The notes below the pieces were generated by a model that worked only from the letters and a program-made list of their open reading frames with translations, had not been told where the DNA came from and ran no database searches. DNA of 56,493 bases from positions 1 through 56,493 of IMG/VR virus record IMGVR_UViG_3300038701_003149, one strand, 5' to 3'. Made by a program: the position numbers and the translations under genes. Below are positions 18,113 to 25,387 of the stretch, piece after piece. Position 1 is the first letter of the stretch. Each line of letters opens with the position of its first letter. This stretch comes from a virus.

Positions 18113-18405
18113 GTAAAAACAATTGGAGAAGTGAAGACTATAAAATCTATGTATTTGTCTGTGGTAACCCGGTTAAAAGTCACTTAATCACTACTGTTCA
18201 GATTGATAATGGAATAGTTCCAAAAGAAATGCCTTGTTTTGGTAAAGGGTGTAAACATGTTTCCAAGATGAGTCTACCAAAAGATAGGCCAGTACCACCA
18301 ATGATTCCTTACCCATCAATTGAATGGAGGAAAGATGAGAACAATAAAACTCTTCTTCCTTGGCCGTTATCAACTCCTGAGAATCAGTGGAAAAGGTTCA
18401 AGTAA
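18109..18405 (+). CDS. Hypothetical protein (98 aa)
   Basis: ATG 18109 overlaps the upstream stop (ATGA). Confidence 0.55.
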   Translation: MSKNNWRSEDYKIYVFVCGNPVKSHLITTVQIDNGIVPKEMPCFGKGCKHVSKMSLPKDRPVPPMIPYPSIEWRKDENNKTLLPWPLSTPENQWKRFK

Positions 18406-18569
18406 TGTCTAAACAAAGAGTAGATCGTTTAAAAGTTTCAGTTAATAATGAAAAGACTGGAAAACCTGAATTGACCATTGACATTCCTACTCATTTTAAG
18501 GTTGATACCAACTCTCTTTACAATGCTGTGATGAAAGAAATGATTAAGCAGGAGAAAAATTCTAAATGA
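18405..18569 (+). CDS. Hypothetical protein (54 aa)
   Basis: TAATG overlap start. Confidence 0.5.
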   Translation: MSKQRVDRLKVSVNNEKTGKPELTIDIPTHFKVDTNSLYNAVMKEMIKQEKNSK

Positions 18570-18742
18570 AAGAATATTACATTTTAATTTATCTTCCTTC
18601 ATCAAAGGTAATGCTGACTCTTGAAGCTGTAAATTTATGTAATGCCCTACATAGTGCCACTCAAGAAATAAACATAGATCCTGAGTTGTTTCATAAGGTA
18701 GTCATCAGCGATGACAAGGAAGCAATTTTCGATTCAATCTAA
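18566..18742 (+). CDS. Hypothetical protein (58 aa), below the track cutoff
   Basis: ATGA overlap start. Ends 5 nt before the terminator. Confidence 0.45.
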   Translation: MKEYYILIYLPSSKVMLTLEAVNLCNALHSATQEINIDPELFHKVVISDDKEAIFDSI

Positions 18743-18746
18743 TAAC

Positions 18747-18780
18747 AAGCCACTGTAATAGGTGGCTTATTTTTCTTTTC
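18747..18780 (+). terminator. Intrinsic terminator ending the rightward replication operon
   Basis: aagccac-tgtaatag-gtggctt followed by atttttctttt. Confidence 0.7.
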
Positions 18781-18862
18781 TTTGTTGAACTACCATATAA
18801 CCAATCACTGCAATAGTTATTATTTGAGTAGTCATTAAGATCATTATAGCTGCGTTTTGCAT
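18767..18862 (-). CDS. Possible 31-aa hydrophobic peptide
   Basis: MQNAAIMILMTTQIITIAVIGYMVVQQRKEK. Its stop lies inside the terminator stem. Confidence 0.2.
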   Translation of the reverse strand: MQNAAIMILMTTQIITIAVIGYMVVQQRKEK

Positions 18863-18873
18863 GTATATTTTCC

Positions 18874-20115
18874 CTATTTATCTGTAATAGTATATCTTAA
18901 CTCAATAGTACTCGTAGAGCCCATTAAATCGACATGGTGAGTTGTTTTAATATTACCAATTATAATATCATTTAATCCACCAACACCAATTAGTGCATTA
19001 TCATCAATCATAAAAATTCTAATCTTATAATAATCGATTGTTTTTGTGAAAGATATTGGGCTTAATTCAAGCTCATCTCCAGTGCCAACTGATACAATTT
19101 CAGAAGTAATAGAATCTGCTAGAAAAGCATCAAGTGTTAGTTTACTTGCTACGGCAGTTGACAGAGTAGCTGGAAGATTGGTATGAGGAAAAAGGACCAT
19201 AAGTCTTACATTTTTACTAACTAAATCTGTTGATGATTCATTGACTAAAGTAATTCTAAAATCTAAAGGTGGAGTAGCAACTGTAAAATGATCATCGACA
19301 ATCTTTATTGACCTATCTAACTGGAATCCATTTGGCTCATCAGGAAGAATATAACCAGAATCATCAAAATTATCTGACCCAAGTGTAGTTACATTTAAAT
19401 CACCATCTGTGACAGACTCAACATATGAGTTGCCCCAACCATCAAGGAGCTCATCGCCAAAAGTTTCAATATATGGCCCTTTCCATCCAAATGAGTAATC
19501 GAGAGAAGCATTAAATTGCCATGGTATAAATGATCCTTGTGTAGTTAAGTCACTTATACCTGAAGGCATAGAACCAACATCTCTAATAAAAGATTCTGAG
19601 GCTTCTACAATATCATTTAGTTGGTTTAGATTTTTTTGGTGTTTAAAATTAAAGGCAAAATCATTTTCCAACTTTATAACAATGGATAGATCTTTATCAA
19701 AGGATTCACCATCAATAATATTATCCTTACCTAATGATTTAATTGTAAGCTTACCATCAACACTGTCATCAAAATCAAAGCTAAAACCCCAACCATCTCT
19801 AAAATCAACACCATTTATATCTGAAAGGTAAGGCCCATTCCAGCCAGAAACACCAGGATCTTCGAAGAGATCATTCACAGAAGTTGGAAGTGCATTGGTA
19901 TCGCTTATATATCCAGATTCAACGAGCTCATCACCTACCAAAAGATTATCAGGCCCTGCGATTGCCCGTCTTAAGGTTATAAGCCTTTCTTTTGTTTCAT
20001 CATATCTACCCTGATCTTCAAAATCATCTACTACAAGTAGAGCTGATGAAGCGATAAGACCTAGTATAAAAACAACCAGTATAAGCTCTAATAAAGTAAA
20101 ATTCTTACGCATCAT
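18874..20115 (-). CDS. Prepilin-type (type II secretion/type IV pilus) pseudopilin with two tandem GspG-like domains
   Basis: N-terminal MMRKNFTLLELILVVFILGLIAS (F1..E5 methylation motif). GWNGPY...DGWG...SLGKDN and GWKGPY...DGWGNSY...TLGSDN. Confidence 0.75.
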   Translation of the reverse strand: MMRKNFTLLELILVVFILGLIASSALLVVDDFEDQGRYDETKERLITLRRAIAGPDNLLVGDELVESGYISDTNALPTSVNDLFEDPGVSGWNGPYLSDINGVDFRDGWGFSFDFDDSVDGKLTIKSLGKDNIIDGESFDKDLSIVIKLENDFAFNFKHQKNLNQLNDIVEASESFIRDVGSMPSGISDLTTQGSFIPWQFNASLDYSFGWKGPYIETFGDELLDGWGNSYVESVTDGDLNVTTLGSDNFDDSGYILPDEPNGFQLDRSIKIVDDHFTVATPPLDFRITLVNESSTDLVSKNVRLMVLFPHTNLPATLSTAVASKLTLDAFLADSITSEIVSVGTGDELELSPISFTKTIDYYKIRIFMIDDNALIGVGGLNDIIIGNIKTTHHVDLMGSTSTIELRYTITDK

Positions 20116-20191
20116 GCCTCTAATTAAGATTTTGTCTCAATTAAGTGTTAGATAGGTATATTTCAAGCTCAAAATCTAATAAACTGATCGT

Positions 20192-20713
20192 CTATTTCGA
20201 CCAGACTTTTATTAACCAAGTTGCAGCATTCTTTTTGTATTCTTCTGATCTAAGATCATTTTTGTCGTCCAACTTTTTTAGGATATATGCAGCCAATTCG
20301 CCCAGATTTTCCCCGTAGAAGTTATTTATTGGAGGCTTGTTATTTGCTGACATATGGCCAAGGATTTTCTTAAATCTCAAGTCCTTTAAATGACCAATTA
20401 AAAGCAAGCTGAATACTTTTTTATTTAAGTCCTTTCCAGACAAGCTATGATATAAGAATTCATAAGGGTCTGTATTGCAGCTATAAATCATTAAAGAAGC
20501 TTTAAACTCCAAGTCTCCATCTTGAGATGGTCGGCTACCTAAGAACTTATAAAGTTTATCGAAATCCAATTCACCTTTGGTTGATAACTTATTCCAAATT
20601 TCAACGGACTTAGGACCGAATAAGTCATTACTTGACCAGAATGCCGGAGGCTTGGACTCACTGTAACAGGAGATAAAGAACAGGACTGAAAGTATGTAAG
20701 CCATTTTAATCAT
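20192..20713 (-). CDS. Predicted lipoprotein/secreted helical protein (173 aa)
   Basis: Signal MAYILSVLFFISC with Cys lipobox-like end. Confidence 0.6.
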   Translation of the reverse strand: MIKMAYILSVLFFISCYSESKPPAFWSSNDLFGPKSVEIWNKLSTKGELDFDKLYKFLGSRPSQDGDLEFKASLMIYSCNTDPYEFLYHSLSGKDLNKKVFSLLLIGHLKDLRFKKILGHMSANNKPPINNFYGENLGELAAYILKKLDDKNDLRSEEYKKNAATWLIKVWSK

Positions 20714-20750
20714 GTAAGGTGCTACAATCGAGATCAGGAGTTTTGACAGG

Positions 20751-21074
20751 TCAGGTAGCTTTCTCTTTCGCTAAAATCTTACAGGCTTCAATTACGATCA
20801 CTGTAGACATTGCACATAACCCAACTAAAAATTCTATTTCAAAATATGTAGCTGATTCAGCAAGGAGTTCGTAGCTATGAGCCGTTCGTAGATCATTAAC
20901 ACTATTACTAGTATTTCTAATGTACGCAGCCATACGTTCATAATCTTTATAGAGGTTATTGTTAGAGGACATATGACCATAAAGTAAAGCGCAGATAAAA
21001 AGACAAAGAGCTAACTGTAGGCATGAAAAAAAGTTTAATCTCGAACAGAGGACTTTGATTTTAGCTATGTTCAT
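20751..21074 (-). CDS. Small two-TM membrane protein (107 aa), last gene of the toxin operon
   Basis: 1-nt overlap with the upstream gene. Hydrophobic helices near both ends. Confidence 0.55.
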   Translation of the reverse strand: MNIAKIKVLCSRLNFFSCLQLALCLFICALLYGHMSSNNNLYKDYERMAAYIRNTSNSVNDLRTAHSYELLAESATYFEIEFLVGLCAMSTVIVIEACKILAKEKAT

Positions 21075-21553
21075 TAAATGGTCTCTTGAAATTCAGGATC
21101 TTCCTCTTCTCCGTAACAGATAAAGTTCATTGATTTAAAGCTACCATCTTCTCTTAGCATATAGAGAATAGTTTTCCCAATTTCAATAACTTTTGAAGTG
21201 ACTTTTTTATTCCACAAATCCGTATCTGAATCGAGTAAACCAGCAATACTGTCTAAGAATTGTTGAAGATAGTAAAAAACTACTTCACAGCCTTGTTCAA
21301 GGATGTCTTCTTCATCTTCAATTTTACTCTCATTGGATATAGTGAAAAACAGTCTTCCTGAGTTACAATTTACCTCGATTCCAAAATCATTTAATTTTGA
21401 TGATTCACTATCATGGCCTTTGCCAATCAATTTCGTCTTAAATAAAGAAATTACATCTGATATAATAACTGGTAGTTTTTCTTCAGGTTCCCAGCTATAA
21501 GATTCATTTCTAAAGTATAAACCTCTATCATCTGAGGCTTCTTCCCATGTCAT
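21074..21553 (-). CDS. Candidate immunity protein for the AHH toxin (159 aa, acidic)
   Basis: ATGA overlap immediately downstream of the toxin gene. No signal peptide. Assigned by position. Confidence 0.55.
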   Translation of the reverse strand: MTWEEASDDRGLYFRNESYSWEPEEKLPVIISDVISLFKTKLIGKGHDSESSKLNDFGIEVNCNSGRLFFTISNESKIEDEEDILEQGCEVVFYYLQQFLDSIAGLLDSDTDLWNKKVTSKVIEIGKTILYMLREDGSFKSMNFICYGEEEDPEFQETI

Positions 21554-22662
21554 CTAAGACGTCCTGTTGCGTTTTGTATACCTTTTCTTAATCTGTCGGT
21601 ATAATTAATCAGTAACTGAGCCGCTTCACAACCTGTCATATTGGGTTTTTCAGCCAACGCCATATCTAAGATTTTTTTAACAGCTGCATTATATTTTCTA
21701 TGGTTATATCTATTCTGACCTCTATGTTGATCGTATAACACACCAAGACCATTCATAGCTCCGTTCATATTAAATCCTTTTTTTGCACCTAACTGAACGA
21801 CTTTGTGGTTCCTTAATCCCCAAGGTATAAGGTGATGTGCTTCTAAACCGCTGCCAGTCACTAAGCCTAAAGAACTTCTTAATCTTGTTCTCGCTTCTTG
21901 CCCGGTTTTAGTTAATTCTGTGGTATAATCCAGTAGATCAGGACATCGCTTACCTTTCTTGAAAAGCTTGTAAATTAAACCACTGCCAGCAATAGCGGAC
22001 ATTGCAACTTCAGAGAATACTGAATCAAAGAAATCAGTAGCACCTGACTCCATATTTCTACGAAGTGCTTCATTCTTTAAGGAGTGTAAGCCTTCAGCTT
22101 TTCTAAGTTCTTTTAACGAGTTGTCTTTTGCTACCTGAGTGTATTCTAAACGTTTTAATAAGGCTACTTTATCCTCTTCACTTGAAATACCATCAGTCCA
22201 CCATCCACTAGCTTGTGATCTCATTTTTGGTAAACTCACAAGCACCGGCTCACGCTCTACTTCACCACAGCTCTTTTTAACCAGGATGTCCCGTACATGA
22301 ATCCACTCAGCACCTTCTAATTTCAAGTAAGTCCCTAAGAAGTACTTAGTGTTGAATCCTTCGTCATCTACATAGTAGACACTCTTAGTACTCTCATCGA
22401 CCTCAATAAAATCCAAGCCCCAGGGATCTACTTTTAGCCAAGTACCGAGCTTCCCAACACCTAATTGCATGCCTCCTGAAAAACCAAGACCTCCAGAGAA
22501 GCCATTAACCATGTCGTTATTGACAGAGTTATAGGTATTGATTCCACCAGCGACACCGATGGGGTCTCGATTCAGCCAGCGACCATATTCGGAACTGTAG
22601 AAGCGACCGGCTTGAGTGGTCATAGTGAAGAAAGTCAGAAGTATAAGAAGTAGTTTTTTCAT
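21550..22662 (-). CDS. Polymorphic toxin: signal peptide + Rhs-core tip motif + C-terminal AHH (HNH/EndoVII-fold) nuclease
   Basis: MKKLLLILLTFFTMTTQA | GRFYSSEYGRWLNRDPIGVAGGINTYNSVNN...VDPWGL. C-terminal LEAHHLIPW...NGLGVLYDQHRG..YNHRKYN. Confidence 0.8.
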   Translation of the reverse strand: MKKLLLILLTFFTMTTQAGRFYSSEYGRWLNRDPIGVAGGINTYNSVNNDMVNGFSGGLGFSGGMQLGVGKLGTWLKVDPWGLDFIEVDESTKSVYYVDDEGFNTKYFLGTYLKLEGAEWIHVRDILVKKSCGEVEREPVLVSLPKMRSQASGWWTDGISSEEDKVALLKRLEYTQVAKDNSLKELRKAEGLHSLKNEALRRNMESGATDFFDSVFSEVAMSAIAGSGLIYKLFKKGKRCPDLLDYTTELTKTGQEARTRLRSSLGLVTGSGLEAHHLIPWGLRNHKVVQLGAKKGFNMNGAMNGLGVLYDQHRGQNRYNHRKYNAAVKKILDMALAEKPNMTGCEAAQLLINYTDRLRKGIQNATGRLR

Positions 22663-24059
22663 AGTAGCTTATTTAGCCCTTTTAAAATAAGTTCGTATTT
22701 AAATTTAATGTCAGCCAAATCGTTTTCAAGTGGTTTGGTAAACAAGTACCGATTTGCAAACATGTATTGATAATGTTGTACATACTGTTCGTAAGTCAAG
22801 TCAATTACCTTCTTAACTAGCTTTTTATCAGTTGTATCAAAAACATCATACTTTGTCGCGAGATCATTATACTTTTTCTTATAGTGCTTGATCTCTTTTA
22901 GCATTATTTCTCTATCCGGCTCTTTCATACTTATTAGGCCTTTTCTCATAGCAAGAGATCTAATTGCATTAATAAGTACAGGGTCGAAATCTTCATGGTT
23001 TCTATACAATAAACCTAATAAGTTTTTGGTTGATGGGTTATAGGCCGGACTAAAGTAATAGCAAGAGGCCCAGTACTTCAGGTCGTCTTTTAATTGCTCC
23101 TCTGTTTCGGCATGTTTTCTGGCCGGGTATTTCTCACCATCTACTTTGACCATTTTCTGCCTGGAAGTAACAACAGAAGCATTGAGCAAAAGCACTGCGA
23201 TTGACTGTTTAAGAGAAAGTGTTTTTAGCATTGACGAGGCTTTGAGTTCTATTTCTGATATTTCAATTTTTCCAGTAGTCTCATCCTTGATATAAAACTC
23301 ATCCGGTATACCTACACTCATCGCATTCTTTGAAGTGGATTCAACATTGTATTTAATCTCCCCGTCATCGTACCTACATAGGACGTGCTGCCTTGCCGTG
23401 ACTAAATGCACAGGCATATTCATTCGATTACTGACTAATGTGAAGATGATAGGAAGTGTTGCGCATAATCCTTCATGCTTTTCAATGACATTGGCTATGT
23501 TATAAGACTCTTTGGAAATCTCTCCATATTTGAAGCCTTTGTCTCTTATTAGATAAGTTGCAATTGCGTCAAGCTGATCCTTCGGAGGCATTTGGTGAAA
23601 CTTTTTTCCTTGCCAAGTAAATCTTTTTAAATCAAATTCACACCAATCAAGCCAGTTGGTAAGTTCATTTTCTAAGAATTCTGGATCTGTATACCTGGTT
23701 ATGATTATTACAGCTTCTTCAAGGTTCTTTGCATTTTCTAACTTTTCAATAAGTTCGTGATCAGTATGTTTTACGAAAAAATCCTGGTAGTAGTCAGGCA
23801 GTTTATCCAAGTTCTTCTTGAATACTGGGTACTTGTCTAATGAGACTGGCTTTGATTCTTCCAATTCCAAGACAATTTTAGGTTTTGTTTCTTCTTTAGG
23901 TTGAAAAGCTGGTTCCTGAACTTTTTGAACTGCAGGCTCCTGGGGCTTAACTTCCGGCTTTTTGGGAGGCATGGATAAGTAGATCATAATACCAATGAAT
24001 GTAATCGCGAGTAAACTAACTGCTTTACTCATCTTATTATAAAATTTAATTTTATTCAT
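22659..24059 (-). CDS. Membrane-anchored transglutaminase-like (Cys-His-Asp) protein with helical C-terminal region
   Basis: TM AVSLLAITFIGIMIYL. P/E/K linker. HEGLCATLPIIFTLVSNRMNMPVHLVTARQHVLCRYDDGEIKYNVEST. Confidence 0.55.
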   Translation of the reverse strand: MNKIKFYNKMSKAVSLLAITFIGIMIYLSMPPKKPEVKPQEPAVQKVQEPAFQPKEETKPKIVLELEESKPVSLDKYPVFKKNLDKLPDYYQDFFVKHTDHELIEKLENAKNLEEAVIIITRYTDPEFLENELTNWLDWCEFDLKRFTWQGKKFHQMPPKDQLDAIATYLIRDKGFKYGEISKESYNIANVIEKHEGLCATLPIIFTLVSNRMNMPVHLVTARQHVLCRYDDGEIKYNVESTSKNAMSVGIPDEFYIKDETTGKIEISEIELKASSMLKTLSLKQSIAVLLLNASVVTSRQKMVKVDGEKYPARKHAETEEQLKDDLKYWASCYYFSPAYNPSTKNLLGLLYRNHEDFDPVLINAIRSLAMRKGLISMKEPDREIMLKEIKHYKKKYNDLATKYDVFDTTDKKLVKKVIDLTYEQYVQHYQYMFANRYLFTKPLENDLADIKFKYELILKGLNKLL

Positions 24060-24065
24060 TCAATT

Positions 24066-24114
24066 GCCCCAAAAATAATAATAGCTACCACAATATAATG
24101 CTGTAGCTATTATT
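24066..24114 (-). terminator. Intrinsic terminator ending the late/lysis operon
   Basis: 12-bp perfect stem aataatagctac/gtagctattatt (24077-24088/24103-24114) followed on the minus strand by attttt. Confidence 0.7.
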
Positions 24115-24136
24115 CAATTTAACTATAAGGAAACAG

Positions 24137-24355
24137 TTATCTTCGAAAAGATCCTATAGGTGAAGGGAATTTATTTTTATTATCCATTTTGGATCCCTTT
24201 CCAACTTCATCCAGTATGCTTCCTGTCATGGTTGCGCTGTCTTCGGATAATTGAGTTTTATTTACTGGGACGTTCACCACATTTGAAGCGAAGTTTATCT
24301 GTACTTGACAAGATGAGAAAAAAACTGCAGCTGAGAATAATAAGATTTTTTTCAT
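24137..24355 (-). CDS. Outer-membrane lipoprotein, o-spanin-like (72 aa)
   Basis: MKKILLFSAAVFFSSC lipobox. Short mature part. Follows a TM/coiled-coil gene. I prefer ATG 24355 to 24433. Confidence 0.5.
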   Translation of the reverse strand: MKKILLFSAAVFFSSCQVQINFASNVVNVPVNKTQLSEDSATMTGSILDEVGKGSKMDNKNKFPSPIGSFRR

Positions 24356-24429
24356 GAACCTATTCCAATCATTCCCATTTCTACTAATCATTACTAATAC
24401 ATCATGGATCTGGTTAACTTTAACTTTAT

Positions 24430-24783
24430 TCATTTTTTATCTTTGAGTAATAAATCATAAATTTTGTCCTGTTTATCAAGGACTTTCGAGGTCTGCCTTT
24501 CTACTGTGTTTACTTGAGTTTTCATAACTGCTACATCAGTAGTTAGATCATTTATTTTGTCATCGAGCTTCTTTTTATTTTCTTCAGATTTTGTCTGAAG
24601 TCCTTTAAACCCAGTTTTAAGCTCTTTTAATTGTGTTTTATGACTATCGAGATCCCACCAAATTTTCCCTATACTTCCAACTAGAGCTGCTACAAGTAGG
24701 ACTAATTGAATCATTGAGGTAGCTTTTTTGACGAGCTTGTCAGTTTCATTGGAATTTTCTTCAGGTTCAACTTTTTCATGCAT
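24430..24783 (-). CDS. N-terminal TM + coiled-coil protein, i-spanin-like (or class III holin-like)
   Basis: MHEK... start overlaps the DUF1353 stop (ATGCATGA). TM MIQLVLLVAALVGSIGKIWW, then a heptad-rich tail. Confidence 0.45.
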   Translation of the reverse strand: MHEKVEPEENSNETDKLVKKATSMIQLVLLVAALVGSIGKIWWDLDSHKTQLKELKTGFKGLQTKSEENKKKLDDKINDLTTDVAVMKTQVNTVERQTSKVLDKQDKIYDLLLKDKK

Positions 24784-25294
24784 GGTTAAGATTCCTGTAA
24801 AATTTATTTTCTGTCTTTCTAAAACTGAATCGACCACCCATGCGAACTGCTCTATGCATAGCTCTAACTTTCCAGCCAGAATTTTGCTCGACAATTAAAA
24901 TGCCTTTAAAGATTAGATCTGTGGTTTTTTGGTCGAAAAACTCTTGTGCCTGATCGCTACTTAACTCTTCCCCATTAAGCCAGATTTTAACCCGTCCATG
25001 TATCTTTCCAAAAAGAGCATCATGGATTAAGGCGGCTACAATGAATCTAGGTGACAAAGGAAAGCCAACGACTCTCCAGAAAAAACGAGGTATACTAGCT
25101 CCATCAAAAATAAATAAAGCCGGAATAAATATTTCTACTTTGTGAACTACTCCATCTTCATCAATAAATGTGAAACAAAGGAAGTAGTCATTACGTAGGT
25201 AAAATTCTTGATCACTATCATATATTGGAATAATAGCAGGTCGTGGTGCTATTTCGGTCTCTTCAAAAGAGCTGTCTTTATATATAACGAGCAT
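24776..25294 (-). CDS. DUF1353-family protein
   Basis: FDGASIPRFFWRVVG...AALIHDALFG signature. Confidence 0.7.
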   Translation of the reverse strand: MLVIYKDSSFEETEIAPRPAIIPIYDSDQEFYLRNDYFLCFTFIDEDGVVHKVEIFIPALFIFDGASIPRFFWRVVGFPLSPRFIVAALIHDALFGKIHGRVKIWLNGEELSSDQAQEFFDQKTTDLIFKGILIVEQNSGWKVRAMHRAVRMGGRFSFRKTENKFYRNLNHA

Positions 25295-25387
25295 GCAAGC
25301 CTCAGTATTTTATGTTACCTGGCCTGCATAGGGGCTCTCGTTCATATACTAAATATATATAGCAATTTATGAATAAATTCTATATAA

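Noticed and set aside
24430-24894. Long version of the TM/coiled-coil ORF, and the long version (to 24433) of the lipoprotein ORF
   Set aside because: The 5' extensions overlap the DUF1353 gene by 119 nt, or place 26 residues in front of a signal peptide. The internal ATGs (24783 and 24355) give canonical architectures.
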